A DNA stretch of 38,024 bases. Origin: Sphingomonadaceae bacterium (GTDB lineage: Bacteria; Chloroflexota; UBA6077). The notes below the pieces were generated by a model. That model made no database searches. It was not told where the DNA came from and worked only from the letters and a program-made list of their open reading frames with translations. The position numbers were made by a program, and so were the translations under genes. Positions 8,717 through 19,449 of the stretch are shown piece after piece. The stretch spans positions 74,054 through 112,077 of the forward strand of contig JBLNDL010000014.1 in NCBI GenBank assembly GCA_050261575.1, given 5' to 3'. How positions within the stretch are numbered: the stretch's first letter is position 1; each line of letters opens with the position of its first letter.

Positions 8717-10429
8717 GTGGGAGCAGGACCAGACGGGGTCTTCGAGGCGATCTGGGTGCAGGCGGCGAAGGTGCTCCCAGCGGAGTCGTTCTCGATCGCG
8801 CTCTGTGGCCCCGGCCCCAGCCAGATCACCTACGAGTTGGTGGTCGAGCGTGGGGTGAAGCAGGTCCCTCAGACCCGAGAGCTCGGAGACGGACTCAGCG
8901 AGGTGGTACTTCGCACCGGCAAGCCTCTGCTGGTGCGGAACTTCGAACTCGAGAAGGGGTGTCTCCCGCTGTCCTGGATGGGAGCACCGATGATCGCTGG
9001 CGGCAAGGTCCTCGGCCTGCTCTCCGCCCAAAGCTACCGCCAGGGGGCCTTCGAACAGAGGGACCTCTCCATCCTCGCCACGTTGGCCTCCTGGGCTGCT
9101 TCCTCCATCGAGTACTCCCGGCGCGTGCGGGCGCAGAGGCAGGAGGTCGAATCCTCGGCCGCTTTGTTGCGCGTGGCCAGGGAGTTGGGGAAGGAGACGG
9201 AGGAATCTGGGCTGTTCCGATCGGTGGTGGAGATGGTGCCCACCGCGGTGGAGTGCGATCGGTGCTCGGTGTGGTCCTGGGTTCCCGACCGGCGAGAGTT
9301 CCGGCCCGCGTGGCGCGCCAGCCCGGCGTCCCGTAAGGCCGAGTGCTTTACCTCGTCGCCCATGAGGCCCGATGAGATCCCCGCCGTCGCGGAACTGCTC
9401 AGAACCGTCGACGTCGTGGTGGTGGGAGACGTGGAGGGCGGGCAGCTCGGCGCCGTCCCGGACATGGTGCCGCTCGAGATCGGCTGCGTCGCCTTCGTGC
9501 CGCTGGCGATCGACCGCGAGGTGGTCGGACTGATCGTGGTCGTGCGATCCCGGAGCCAGGACGGCTTCAGTCCCTGGGAGATGGACCTGCTCCGGGGCCT
9601 TGCCGACATAGTGGGGCTGGCCCTGGTGAACCAGCGGCACCATCGACAGGCGGGCGAGGCGGCGGCGCTGAGAGAGTTGAGCGATCTGAAGTCTCGGCTG
9701 ATCTCAACGATCTCTCACGAGCTGAGAACCCCTCTGAGCTTCGTCCAAGCCGGAAGCGAGCTGCTGATGCAGCGGCTCTTCGAGCCGGACCAGTTGCGGC
9801 AGGTGGCCGGCCTGGTCAACCAGGGGGCGGTGCGGTTGGCGGAGGTGGTCGACGACATCATCGAGTTCGCCGACCTGCAGTCCGGGACCATTCTGCTCTC
9901 CCCTCAGCCTACGAACCTGGGTGCGCTGATGCGGGATGCCATCGCCGATGCCACCGGCGTGGCCCATGGACACCGAGTCCTGCTCGATGTGGACGAGCCG
10001 CTTCCGGCGGTCAGGGTGGACCGCGACAAGCTGAAGTCGGTCGTGGCGAGACTGGTGCGGAACGCGCTCAACTTCTCTCAGGAGCCTGCGGCGGTGGTGG
10101 TGAGGCTCTCCCTGGCCGAGGAGAGGGTGCGGATCGAGGTAGCCGACAGCGGTATCGGGATTCCGCCCGAGGACCTGGAGAAGGTGTTCGACCCATTCTT
10201 CCGGGGCGAGTTGAGCCAGATTCGGTGCGTCCCGGGCGCAGGATTGGGTCTCTCCATCGTGAAGCAGTTGGTGGATATCATGGGCGGCGACGTGTCCGTG
10301 CAGAGCGAGGTGGACAAGGGCACGGCCGTCGTGGTCTCCCTCCCCGTCGAGTTCATCGAGCCAGCGATCAGGACCGGCAACGGGCACGGATACCCGATCG
10401 AGTCCCTCACCGGGGAGAGCCGGGTGTAG
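8717..10429 (+). CDS. Cytoplasmic sensor histidine kinase with two GAF domains
   Basis: SWMGAPM...LGLLSAQS (GAF), second GAF (FVPL...VVGLIVV), H-box ISHELRTPL, N-box RNALNFS, DSGIGI, VFDPFFR, GAGLGLSI; no obvious TM helix. Start uncertain. Confidence 0.9.
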   Translation: MGAGPDGVFEAIWVQAAKVLPAESFSIALCGPGPSQITYELVVERGVKQVPQTRELGDGLSEVVLRTGKPLLVRNFELEKGCLPLSWMGAPMIAGGKVLGLLSAQSYRQGAFEQRDLSILATLASWAASSIEYSRRVRAQRQEVESSAALLRVARELGKETEESGLFRSVVEMVPTAVECDRCSVWSWVPDRREFRPAWRASPASRKAECFTSSPMRPDEIPAVAELLRTVDVVVVGDVEGGQLGAVPDMVPLEIGCVAFVPLAIDREVVGLIVVVRSRSQDGFSPWEMDLLRGLADIVGLALVNQRHHRQAGEAAALRELSDLKSRLISTISHELRTPLSFVQAGSELLMQRLFEPDQLRQVAGLVNQGAVRLAEVVDDIIEFADLQSGTILLSPQPTNLGALMRDAIADATGVAHGHRVLLDVDEPLPAVRVDRDKLKSVVARLVRNALNFSQEPAAVVVRLSLAEERVRIEVADSGIGIPPEDLEKVFDPFFRGELSQIRCVPGAGLGLSIVKQLVDIMGGDVSVQSEVDKGTAVVVSLPVEFIEPAIRTGNGHGYPIESLTGESRV

Positions 10430-10465
10430 GCGAGGTAGACGATTCGCTTCCCGGCGATGGGCAGT

Positions 10466-10552
10466 GCCGTGCCCATGCACGAGGGGCGGGCTCTGCCCCG
10501 CGTTATGAGCCAGCGGCGGAGGTCCGCCGTGCCCATGCACGAGGGGCGGGCT
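10466..10552. repeat. Two exact 27-bp direct repeats (GCCGTGCCCATGCACGAGGGGCGGGCT) 60 bp apart
   Basis: Copies at 10466-10492 and 10526-10552. Confidence 0.85.
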
Positions 10553-10655
10553 GGAAAGCCTCGCTGGCACACCGCGCCCCGCAGGACGCAGGCTGAGCAT
10601 CCACCCCGGCCGCTACCCCAGGAACTGGAATCCCGATCCCGGATGCTTCGTAGCG

Positions 10656-10727
10656 GCTTCAGCCGTTCGCAGCCTCGTAGGGGAACGGTACGTGGGCCCA
10701 GGGGTAACTGGGTCGAACGGCTGAAGC
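10656..10727. repeat. REP-like inverted repeat between convergent genes
   Basis: GCTTCAGCCGTTCG (10656-10669) and CGAACGGCTGAAGC (10714-10727), 14-bp perfect IR, preceded by GTAG. Confidence 0.7.
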
Positions 10728-10751
10728 GGTCATCCCCGCCCTCTACAGGCG

Positions 10752-11918
10752 CTAGCTCCCCGTCGAGCGCTCGAGGCTCAGGCCGTCCAGATAGGCGGTG
10801 GCACGCATGACGTCCACCTTGATCTGCACCCGGGCCCGAACGGTATAGGTGGGCATCGTGATGCGGTTCTCGACCTTGACCCAGCCGTCGGTAGGTTGGG
10901 TGAAGGCGGCCTGTTCGTGGCTCCCAAGGGGTTGCCCCCGGTCGTTCAACGGGATCACTGAAATGGTCAACCTGAACCAGCCGCCCGCGCTCGGAATGTG
11001 CACAAACCCTCGGAAGTCGTAGCTCTCGTTCTGCCGGACCTCCACCTCCTGAGTGACGAGGAAGCTCTTCGTGGAGGGCGGGAAGACGGCCACCTTCCGC
11101 CCCTCTTGAGGCCCGGTTGGAGCCTCGGCGGCCACGAACTGGCTGTCGGGTATGGAGACGCTCCATCCGTCGGGCAGCCCGTCGCCGTTCGAGTCGAGTT
11201 CGAAACCCCCGTTGGCCAGGAGGTTTCTGGTCTGGCTGTTGCCATCGCCGCCGGGGCTTGCGGCGTTGGCGACGATGGCGGAACCGGACGAGGGACCTGA
11301 TGCCGGGGTGGCATCTTCCCGGTATGGGTTCCCGTCGGCAGGGACCCCCCACGAGCCCGTCTCCGGGGTGGCCGCGGACGCCGTCGGTGCCTCTTCCCAC
11401 CAGAGGCTCACCTTGGCGTCGCCCCAGTTCTCGTAGTACTCGACCCTCAGTCTGTGGTTGCCAGCCGACAGCGGGATGTCCACTGTCTGCTCCGCGCCAC
11501 GGTTGTCGTACCATCTATCCATCTTCAGCTCGTCATCGACGTAGATGCGGATCCCGTCGTCGCTCCTGACGTGGAAGCGGTAGACCCTCTGCTCGAACGG
11601 CACGGTTCGGGTCCAGCGGACGGAGAACTGCTCCGAGGGGACACCCGCTCCAGGCGAGCCCTTCCCCCAGTCGAAGTCGATCTCGGGGTCGTTCCGAACC
11701 AGGAGCGGCTTGGATTTCGGGCGGTTCCCTGCCCTCTGATCCTGCCAGGGGGCCGACGCAGAGACGAAGTACTCCCCCACCCAGTAGTCGTTCACGGGCT
11801 CCGCGGCCTTCGTGTCAGTGGCCAGTAGCCGCGGGACGACGATGCCAAGGAGGACGAGGACGGCTGGGATCGATGCCACGAGGAGCGTCTTCCGATGTGT
11901 ACTGGCAAGGCTCGGCAT
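10752..11918 (-). CDS. Membrane-anchored/secreted PA14-domain protein with a C-terminal carbohydrate-binding-like domain
   Basis: ATG 11918 with GGAGG RBS; hydrophobic N-terminus; PA14 motifs IDFDWGKGSP, FSVRWT, SDDGIRIYVD, HRLRVEYYE; NLLANGGFE..DGLPDGW CBM-like start. Confidence 0.85.
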   Translation of the reverse strand: MPSLASTHRKTLLVASIPAVLVLLGIVVPRLLATDTKAAEPVNDYWVGEYFVSASAPWQDQRAGNRPKSKPLLVRNDPEIDFDWGKGSPGAGVPSEQFSVRWTRTVPFEQRVYRFHVRSDDGIRIYVDDELKMDRWYDNRGAEQTVDIPLSAGNHRLRVEYYENWGDAKVSLWWEEAPTASAATPETGSWGVPADGNPYREDATPASGPSSGSAIVANAASPGGDGNSQTRNLLANGGFELDSNGDGLPDGWSVSIPDSQFVAAEAPTGPQEGRKVAVFPPSTKSFLVTQEVEVRQNESYDFRGFVHIPSAGGWFRLTISVIPLNDRGQPLGSHEQAAFTQPTDGWVKVENRITMPTYTVRARVQIKVDVMRATAYLDGLSLERSTGS

Positions 11919-12219
11919 GGCTGGGCACCTCCGTCGCCCAAGTGCGTCGTTCCGCAATTGGATGACGTAGGACAGGCGTGACCGCGAGGTTGTGCTCGCT
12001 CGCCTCGCGTGCACGCTCGCGTCACGTGTCCCCCTTTGTCGCAGCCAATGAGCGTGCCGCGGGGCACGAGACCCTGCCCTACTCGAGGAACGCCGCACTC
12101 AGGTAGTGCCCACATGTTAGGCGCGACTGGCTGGGCGGTCTTCAAACTTCCGTCAGAAAGGGCTGCAGGGCCGTACGGAATGAGGTGAGAATCCGGTTAC
12201 CTTAGCAACGAGAGGCGGG

Positions 12220-12870
12220 CTACCGAGGGGGGATCTGCCCCCTCTTCCGCTGCGCGATCCGCAACTGAAGCTCCCGCATCTTGGCCGAGGCCGCAGATCG
12301 GTTCTGGTTGATGCGCGTGGTGTTGCGGGCTGCGCGATACTCAGCCACCGCTTTCTCCAGGTCTCCGCGGCGCTCGTAGGCCGTGGCCAGCATCAGGCGG
12401 GTGAGCTCTTCCTTGGGCTTCAGTTGGGCTGCCTTCTCCAGATGCACTATCGCTTCGTCGAGGCGGTTTCGTTCGAGGAGGGCATTGCCCAGGGAGATCT
12501 GGGTGCGCCAGTCGTCGGGCACTTCGCGGCAGATGGTCTCGTACTCGGAGAGCGATTCCTCCCGCTTCCCCGAGTCCCCCAGGGCCTTCGCGAGGGCGAT
12601 TCGGGACTCCACATCGCCGGGCTCCAGCCGAACGGCCTGGCGGATGTGCTTGATGGCCTGGGAGAGCCTCTTCTGGTTCAGGTAGAGGGCGCCGAGGTTG
12701 TGGTGTGCGGCAGAGAGATCGGGGGCGAGCCTGATGGCCTCCAGGAGCATTCGCTCGGCCTCATCCAGCCGGTTACCGGCTATCGCCTTGAGGGCTTTCT
12801 GGTTGAGAGCCTCCGCCTGCTTCCGAGGCGTGTCGGGCTTCGAGCCAAGCAGCCTGTCGAGCCAACCCAT
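12220..12870 (-). CDS. Tetratricopeptide-repeat protein
   Basis: MGWLDRLLG start with GGGAG RBS; repeated TPR patterns (AIRLAPDLSAAHHNLG, AVRLEPGD, LGNALL, AAQLKP); TGGTACAAT -10 upstream on the minus strand (12933-12941). Confidence 0.88.
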   Translation of the reverse strand: MGWLDRLLGSKPDTPRKQAEALNQKALKAIAGNRLDEAERMLLEAIRLAPDLSAAHHNLGALYLNQKRLSQAIKHIRQAVRLEPGDVESRIALAKALGDSGKREESLSEYETICREVPDDWRTQISLGNALLERNRLDEAIVHLEKAAQLKPKEELTRLMLATAYERRGDLEKAVAEYRAARNTTRINQNRSAASAKMRELQLRIAQRKRGQIPPR

Positions 12871-13115
12871 GCTGTCTCCCTTTGTGCGGTCGACGAGGAT
12901 GGTGCAGGTGAGGGTCGATGCGTCCTCGCGCAATTGTACCAGACGGGGAGGTCGGAAGGGGAAGGCACGACGGCGGCCGATGGGGCATTTGGCGGGCGCT
13001 TGGCAAATCGCGGGACCGGGGAGTAGACTCGTAGCGGCCGGATTCCGAGCGCGGCTCCGACCGGCCGCGCGCAGGTGGCCCGAGCAGGCTCCCCACGTGG
13101 AAGTGAGGTGCAACC

Positions 13116-14000
13116 GTGAGACTGCGATTCGAGCCGAAGGTTCTCGGTCTGTTGGAAGGCACCATCGACATTCACATCCACTCGGCGCCCGACATCGTCC
13201 CCCGCATCCTGAGCGATATCGACCTGGCGCGACAGTGCAAGGAGATGGGGATGCGCGCCATCCTGGTCAAGAGCCACTTCGTGCAGACTGCCGATCGTGC
13301 TCTGTTGGCGTCCGAGGAGGCAAGCTTTCCCGTGTTCGGAGGGGTGGCCATGAACCTCACCATGGGTGGGGTGAACCCGCACGCCGTGGAGTACTGCCTG
13401 AAGGTGGGGGGCAAGATGGTCTGGCTGCCCACCGTGCACGCCAGGGAGTTCCTGGCCCACAGAAGCCACGTGGCCAGCCTGGCGGCCACGCTCGACGGTG
13501 TGCTCCAAGGTGTGGAGGTCCTAAACCCGGACGGCAGCGTGAGGGAGGAGATGTACCGGGTGTTCGATCTGATCGCCAGGCATGATGCGACTCTCGCCAC
13601 CGGGCACGTGAGCAAGCAAGAAGCGAAGGCCGTGGTCCGTGAGGCTGCCAGGCAAGGTGTCAAGAAGATCGTCGTCACCCACCCCATGGCCTCCTTCGTG
13701 AGCTACAGCCTGGAGGACATGAAGGAGATGCTGGACCTGGGTGCTACCTACTTCGAGCACGTGTACAATGACGTGACCCACAACGTGGCTCATCCCATCA
13801 GGACTCGAGATCTGGTCGAGGCCATCGAGGCGATCGGCCCAGAGCACAGCATAATGTCCACCGACTCAGGGCAGTGGCAGAATCCCGTGCCAGTGCAGCA
13901 GATGTGCATCTACATCAAGGAGATGCTCGACTTGGGCCTGTCCGAGCGGGCGATTCGCACCATGGTGAGCGACAATCCCGCCAGGATCGTGGGCTTCTGA
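13116..14000 (+). CDS. DUF6282-family amidohydrolase-like protein
   Basis: DIHIHSAPD, KSH, VWLPT, LATGH, VTHP, STDSGQ, NPARI; GAGGTG RBS. Confidence 0.8.
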   Translation: MRLRFEPKVLGLLEGTIDIHIHSAPDIVPRILSDIDLARQCKEMGMRAILVKSHFVQTADRALLASEEASFPVFGGVAMNLTMGGVNPHAVEYCLKVGGKMVWLPTVHAREFLAHRSHVASLAATLDGVLQGVEVLNPDGSVREEMYRVFDLIARHDATLATGHVSKQEAKAVVREAARQGVKKIVVTHPMASFVSYSLEDMKEMLDLGATYFEHVYNDVTHNVAHPIRTRDLVEAIEAIGPEHSIMSTDSGQWQNPVPVQQMCIYIKEMLDLGLSERAIRTMVSDNPARIVGF

Positions 14001-14077
14001 CTTCGTGTCCCGTTCCGCAGGTCCCACGCGGTAGGGCGGCGGTTCATCCGCATTCCAATCAGAGTAAGGGGTGCCGA

Positions 14078-14983
14078 ATGACCACGAGAGTAGGTTTCGT
14101 CGGGCTGGGCCAGATGGGCCGGTGGATGGCCCAGAACCTGTTGAAGGCCGGATACCCGTTGACGGTGTTCAACAGGACCGCCGAAAAGGGTCGGTTCTTG
14201 GTCGAGCAGGGCGCATCACTCGCCAGTTCACCCGCCGAACTCGCGGCTGCCTCTGAGGTGGTCTTCCTGAGCCTGCCCAACAGTGAGGTGGTCGAGGAGA
14301 CTCTCTTCGGGCCGGGTGGGATCGTGGAGGGTGCGAGGAGCGGAATGGTGGTGGTGGACACCAGCACCATCAGCTACATGGGCACCCTGGAGATCGCTCG
14401 CCGTCTAGCCGAGCGGGGCATCCGCTTTGCGGACGCGCCGGTGTCTGGGATGGAGGCTCGGGCCAAGGATGGCACCCTCACCATCATGTTCGGCGGCGAC
14501 GAGGGCCTTTTCGAGGAGGTGTTGCCGGCCCTTGGGGCGATGGGCAACACCATCACCCGTATGGGTGGCGTCGGCAGCGGGCAACTGACCAAGCTGATCA
14601 ACCAGCTTCTCTTCAACGCGGCCATGGCCTCCATGGCAGAAGTGCTTCCCATGGCGGTCAAGCTGGGGCTGGACCCGGAGAAGGTCACCCATGTCGTGAC
14701 CACGGGGACCGGGCGCAGCTTCGGCTTGGAGTTCTTCGCACCTCGCATACTCGAGAACCGCTTCGACCAGGGATACCCCCTGGAGAAGGCGTATAAGGAT
14801 ATGGCCAGTGCCCTGGAGATTTGCGCCCAGCAGAAGATCCCGCTTCCGATGGTCCAGGCCACCGCAACTGCCTTCCAGTTGGCGCTGGCTGAGGGGCTTG
14901 GCGGCGAGGACAAGGGGGCGTTGATCAAGGTGTACGAACGTCTCTTGGGTGTTCGGTTCAGAAAGGGTGGAGTCGAGGCATGA
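14078..14983 (+). CDS. NAD(P)-dependent beta-hydroxyacid dehydrogenase (GarR/MmsB/YihU family)
   Basis: GFVGLGQMG Rossmann motif, [24 protein letters not shown] catalytic Lys motif. Confidence 0.9.
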   Translation: MTTRVGFVGLGQMGRWMAQNLLKAGYPLTVFNRTAEKGRFLVEQGASLASSPAELAAASEVVFLSLPNSEVVEETLFGPGGIVEGARSGMVVVDTSTISYMGTLEIARRLAERGIRFADAPVSGMEARAKDGTLTIMFGGDEGLFEEVLPALGAMGNTITRMGGVGSGQLTKLINQLLFNAAMASMAEVLPMAVKLGLDPEKVTHVVTTGTGRSFGLEFFAPRILENRFDQGYPLEKAYKDMASALEICAQQKIPLPMVQATATAFQLALAEGLGGEDKGALIKVYERLLGVRFRKGGVEA

Positions 14984-16641
14984 CCGATCAGTTGCGCGAG
15001 CGGCCGGAGGAGATGACCGAGGCCTACTACCGGGGGTTGATGCACGCCGTTGGCTACCGAGCCAGGGATCTGGCCAAGCCGCAGATAGCGGTGGTGAACT
15101 CCTGGACGGAGGTAAACCCCGGCCACCAACCGCTGCGAGAGTTGGCAGTCAAAGTCAAGGAAGGTATTTGGGCAGCGGGGGGCTCCCCAGGGGAGTTCAA
15201 CGTGCCCGCCCCCTGTGACGGCATGGCCAACTCCGGGCCGGGCGGCCACTACCTCCTGCCGCAGCGCGACCTGATCGCGGGTTCCATTGAGGCGATGGTG
15301 CGGGCTCACGGCTTCGATGGGCTGGTGATGCTCGCCTCCTGCGACAAGGTCATCCCAGGTATGGTGATGGCGGCGATCCGCCTCAACCTGCCCACGCTCT
15401 TCCTGACGGCCGGGGCGATGCTGCCCTACCGGTTGCCCGATCGGACGATGGTGACCTCGGACCTGAAGGAGGCGATCGGAAAGCGGCGAAGCGGCGAGAT
15501 CGACGAAGACACCTTCTTGCGGTGGCAAGAGCAGATGTGCTCCTCGCCGGGCACCTGCTCAATGATGGGCACGGCCAACACCATGGCCTGTTTTCTGGAG
15601 GCCACAGGGCTCGCTCCCTTCGGGTCGGCCACCATGCTCGCCTTCGATGGTGCCAAGCTACGCCAGGCTCGGGACGTTGGCGAGCGGATCGTGGAACTGA
15701 CCAGGGAGGGTCGCCCGCTCCGCCACTACCTGAGCTGCCAGAACCTGGCAAACGGTATCAAGTACGTTTCGGCATCGGGTGGGTCCACCAACGCGGTGCT
15801 CCATACCCTGGCGTTTGCCTCATTGTTGGGCGGCGACCTCGACCTGGAGGGGTTCGATCGGCTGCAGGGCTCGGTGCCGCTGCTCGGCAAGTACAAGCCT
15901 TCGTCGCCCTACAACGTCGACGACTACCATCGGGCCGGCGGAGTGGCCGCGTTGCTCAACGGGCTGCGGGACCACCTGGATCTGGATCTGCCGCTCGCGG
16001 CCTACGGTTGCACCCTGGGGGAGGTGCTTTCGACGGCGCCGAAGCCAGACGGAAGGGTGATCCGCACCGCCGCCGATCCGCTGGAGCCGAACAGCGCCTT
16101 CGCGATCCTGCGCGGGAACCTGGCCCCTCAGGGGGCCGTGGTGAAGCGGAGCGGAATGGATCCCAGGATGCTCAAGCACACCGGACCCGCCGTGGTCTTC
16201 GACTCGGAGGAGGACGTCCGCCGCTATCTGCTGGACAGGGTGGTGAAGCCGGGATCGGTGCTGGTGGTGCGCTACGAGGGGCCGAAGGGCGGCCCAGGCA
16301 TGCGCGAACTCTCCATCCCCGCCGCGATGCTGGTTGGCATGGGACTCCACACCTCCGTGGCGATGGTCACCGATGGCCGCTTCTCCGGCGCCACCCGCGG
16401 ACCCTGCGTGGGCCACGTCTCGCCCGAGGCGTGGGAGGGCGGCCCCCTCGCCTACGTCCGGGACGGCGACCTGATCGAGATCGACGTGCCGGCCAACCGC
16501 CTCCAACTGCTCGTCGCCGAGGAGGAGCTACGGCGTCGGCAGGCTGAGCCGCCCCAGCGACCCGACCATCCAGCCGTCGGGATCCTCGCGGCCTACCGTG
16601 AGCGGGTAGGCGGAGCGCACACGGGGGCTGTCTGGCTGTGA
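14980..16641 (+). CDS. IlvD/Edd-family dihydroxy-acid/sugar-acid dehydratase
   Basis: [61 protein letters not shown]. Confidence 0.93.
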   Translation: MTDQLRERPEEMTEAYYRGLMHAVGYRARDLAKPQIAVVNSWTEVNPGHQPLRELAVKVKEGIWAAGGSPGEFNVPAPCDGMANSGPGGHYLLPQRDLIAGSIEAMVRAHGFDGLVMLASCDKVIPGMVMAAIRLNLPTLFLTAGAMLPYRLPDRTMVTSDLKEAIGKRRSGEIDEDTFLRWQEQMCSSPGTCSMMGTANTMACFLEATGLAPFGSATMLAFDGAKLRQARDVGERIVELTREGRPLRHYLSCQNLANGIKYVSASGGSTNAVLHTLAFASLLGGDLDLEGFDRLQGSVPLLGKYKPSSPYNVDDYHRAGGVAALLNGLRDHLDLDLPLAAYGCTLGEVLSTAPKPDGRVIRTAADPLEPNSAFAILRGNLAPQGAVVKRSGMDPRMLKHTGPAVVFDSEEDVRRYLLDRVVKPGSVLVVRYEGPKGGPGMRELSIPAAMLVGMGLHTSVAMVTDGRFSGATRGPCVGHVSPEAWEGGPLAYVRDGDLIEIDVPANRLQLLVAEEELRRRQAEPPQRPDHPAVGILAAYRERVGGAHTGAVWL

Positions 16642-17855
16642 AGGAAGGCCGACCCTCGGACCCGCACCATCCCGGCCAGGACGGCGCGAGAGCGTCGCAT
16701 GCCAAGAGGGAGGGGCGCGCCACCGTTCCCCTCTTGTACGTCGCAACGGCGCTCTACTGGGCCTCCATGTACGTCTACGTGCCGATCCTGCCGGTTCACG
16801 CCGAGAACCTGGGGGCGTCCATGGGGCTGGTGGGCACCATCGTGGGCGCCTACGGCTTCTCTCAACTGGTCTTTCGGATCCCGCTGGGCGTCTGGTCCGA
16901 CCAGCTCGGCATGAGGAAGCCCTTCATCCTGGCGGGGCTGGCCACTGCATCCCTCGGAGCCCTCGGTCTGGGCTTCTCCTCCGACCCCATCTGGCTGGTG
17001 GTGTGGCGGGGGATGAGCGGAGTCGGCGCCGCCGCCTGGGTCGCCTTCACGGTGCTCTTCTCCAGCTACTTTGCTCCCCACAAGGTGACTCGGGCCATGT
17101 CCTACCTCACGTGCGTTTCGTTCGGGTCGCAGACAGTGTCCACTTACGCGGGTGGAGTGATCGCCGAGACCTGGGGCTGGCATGCGCCCTTCCATGTGGC
17201 CATGGCTCTAGGGGCGCTGGGGACGCTTGTGGCCCTGCCGATATCGGAGAAGAGGCTCCCGGCCCGACGGAGGATGACACTTGGGCAGATCTACCAAACC
17301 GGCACTGTGCCGCTCCTCGTGACTGTATCACTGGTGGCGATGCTGGGCCAGTGGACCCACTGGGCCACCAGCGGCGGGTTCTCGCTGGTCTACGCCGGCC
17401 GGCTCGGGGCCACCCGGGCGGACCTGGGCATACTCACCATGGTGATGAGTCTGTCCGTCACGGTGGCCACGCTGCTGAGCGCGTTCTTGGTCGAACGGCT
17501 GGGGCCGAAGACCGTCGGCATGGTGGGCCTGAGCATGCAGGCGGTAGGGGCGTTCGGCGTGCCACTGATGGACACGGTGCCTCTCGTCTGCTTGACGCAG
17601 GCGTTGAACGGGGCGGGACGAGGCCTCTCGTATCCGGCGATGATGGGGCTGAGCATCCGGGCAGTGCCCGAATCCGAACGGGCAACGGCCATGGGGGTGT
17701 TCCAGGCGGTCTACGCCCTCGGGATGTTCGCGGGACCGGCCTCGACCGGCATCATAGGGGATGGATTCGGCCTGGGTGCCGTCTTTGCGGTCGCGGGCAT
17801 CGCCGCGTTGCTCGGGGTGGCTCTGGTAGCCGCCAGGGTGCCCGGCAGGGGCTGA
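16638..17855 (+). CDS. MFS transporter
   Basis: About 12 hydrophobic segments; [11 protein letters not shown] motif A; ERATAMG; overlaps the dehydratase stop. Confidence 0.9.
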   Translation: MKEGRPSDPHHPGQDGARASHAKREGRATVPLLYVATALYWASMYVYVPILPVHAENLGASMGLVGTIVGAYGFSQLVFRIPLGVWSDQLGMRKPFILAGLATASLGALGLGFSSDPIWLVVWRGMSGVGAAAWVAFTVLFSSYFAPHKVTRAMSYLTCVSFGSQTVSTYAGGVIAETWGWHAPFHVAMALGALGTLVALPISEKRLPARRRMTLGQIYQTGTVPLLVTVSLVAMLGQWTHWATSGGFSLVYAGRLGATRADLGILTMVMSLSVTVATLLSAFLVERLGPKTVGMVGLSMQAVGAFGVPLMDTVPLVCLTQALNGAGRGLSYPAMMGLSIRAVPESERATAMGVFQAVYALGMFAGPASTGIIGDGFGLGAVFAVAGIAALLGVALVAARVPGRG

Positions 17856-17892
17856 GACTGAGTGCTCAGGACTGCCGAGAGCCCGGAACCCC

Positions 17893-19167
17893 TCAGGACC
17901 GAAGCCTCGGGCTTACTGATCGGGCGGCGCAGTAGCAGATCGCCGCTGAGGTGATAGAAGCCGCACCGACCAGCCACCCCAAGCTCTGGTAGCCGGCGCT
18001 CCCCAGCAGCAAACCCCCGACAGCGGCTCCCACCATCAGTCCCACCTGATTGGTGGTGGCCGTGAACCCCATGGTCGCGCCTCTGCGGCTCTCCGGCGCC
18101 TGGCTGACGAGCCAAAGCCACGCGGGTCTAGCCAGGGAGTTGGCGAGACCGAACAGGGCCCCCAACGCCGCAGTGGGGACCACGCCGGGGGTGGACAGGA
18201 AAAGGGGAAGGGCGATCAGGGCGGCAAGGCTCTGGAAGACACCGAAGACCAACCCCTTGCGCTTGCGATTGTCTGCCATCCGCCCGCCGAAGGCGCTGCC
18301 TATCAGTGTGCCGATGGCGGTGGCGGAGAGGGCTGGGGCCACCTGGTCCAGGCGCAGACCGTAGGACTGCATCAGGAACGCCGCGAGGTAGGTGGCCACG
18401 GTGGTGAAGGAAGCCCGCTCCATGACGTTGGAGAGCAGCAGCAGTCTAGTGGGGTGGTCTGCCAGCACGGCGGCCAACTCCGCGGGGGAGCCCTGCCTGG
18501 ACTTGGGTGGCTTTGCACGGGGGAATGTGAGCAGGACGGAGGCCCCTATCGCCAGGAGAAGCAGCCCCAGGCCGATGAAGGCCAGCCTCCAGCCGGCGTA
18601 GGCGGCTGCCATGGCGACGAGCGGGACCCCAACCACCGTAGCCAGAGACACGGCGGCGAGAACCCATCCGAGCGCCCGGCCTCGCTGGTTGGCAGGGAAG
18701 TAGTCGGCGGCGCTAGACATAACACTAGGGCCGGTGGAGGCGCCGCCCATCCCTCCGATCACCCGGATCATGAGCAGGGAGTAGTAGTCCCAGGCCAGGG
18801 CCGAGAGAATGGTGGTGAGCCCCAGGATGGCGAGTCCAGTGGCCAGGACGGGGCGTCTGCCGAAGCGGTCGGAAAGGGCGCCCATGAAGGGCGCGAGGAT
18901 CGCCCACGGCACTGCGGAGGCTGCCGCGAGCTGTCCCATGGCCCCAACGGAGGTGTGGAAGTCGGCTGCGAAGTCCACCAGCAGGGGGGCCATCATGTTG
19001 ATGTTGGTGACCACCAGGAACATGGTCCCAACCAACAGAGCCAGCAGGCGACCTTCGTGGATCGGGGCTGCAAGACGGTCCGGTGCGGCCTGAGCGACCC
19101 TGGTTTCCGGCGAGATAGGAGTGGTGGGTGGCTGGGCATCCGAGGTGCTCGGAGGACGAAGCGACAT
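17893..19167 (-). CDS. MFS transporter (DHA1/efflux-like)
   Basis: GALSDRFGRRPV motif A, RVIGGMGG, QRGRALG; start uncertain (19167 or 19209). Confidence 0.88.
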   Translation of the reverse strand: MSLRPPSTSDAQPPTTPISPETRVAQAAPDRLAAPIHEGRLLALLVGTMFLVVTNINMMAPLLVDFAADFHTSVGAMGQLAAASAVPWAILAPFMGALSDRFGRRPVLATGLAILGLTTILSALAWDYYSLLMIRVIGGMGGASTGPSVMSSAADYFPANQRGRALGWVLAAVSLATVVGVPLVAMAAAYAGWRLAFIGLGLLLLAIGASVLLTFPRAKPPKSRQGSPAELAAVLADHPTRLLLLSNVMERASFTTVATYLAAFLMQSYGLRLDQVAPALSATAIGTLIGSAFGGRMADNRKRKGLVFGVFQSLAALIALPLFLSTPGVVPTAALGALFGLANSLARPAWLWLVSQAPESRRGATMGFTATTNQVGLMVGAAVGGLLLGSAGYQSLGWLVGAASITSAAICYCAARSVSPRLRS

Positions 19168-19308
19168 GCCGAGAGACGACCTTCCAAAGACGGACTGACC
19201 CAGGAGCACGTGAGGGCGAAAGAATGGGCCCAGGCTCCCAGGGGATCACAGGGAACAATAGCCGGACCCAAGGTCTCGTTGGGTCGCGCCGCTGCCGGCG
19301 CGGGGGGC

Positions 19309-19350
19309 AGTATAGCACAGCGGGCGGCTCCGAGGCACGCGTGGTAGAAT
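19309..19350. promoter_or_regulatory. Back-to-back extended -10 elements for MFS (minus) and comB (plus)
   Basis: TGCTATACT on the minus strand (19309-19317) and TGGTAGAAT on the plus strand (19342-19350). Confidence 0.55.
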
Positions 19351-19449
19351 CTGGGGTCAGGGCTTTCTCAGTGTCGCCCAGACCGTCGTGCCAAGCGTGG
19401 TGAGGCCCTCGCCGAAGCGGTGCCAAGGGGTGAAAGATCCGCCACACCT

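Noticed and set aside
10466..10552. CRISPR array
   Set aside because: Only two repeats, no cas genes or AT-rich leader, and the arms resemble REP hairpins.
12120..12180. tRNA-Sec (selC) suggested by GGTCTTCAAA
   Set aside because: Flanks do not form an anticodon stem, and no T-arm or acceptor stem is visible.
14980..16641. Assigning the gene symbol ilvD
   Set aside because: Family is clear, but the context suggests a catabolic paralog and substrate cannot be determined from sequence.
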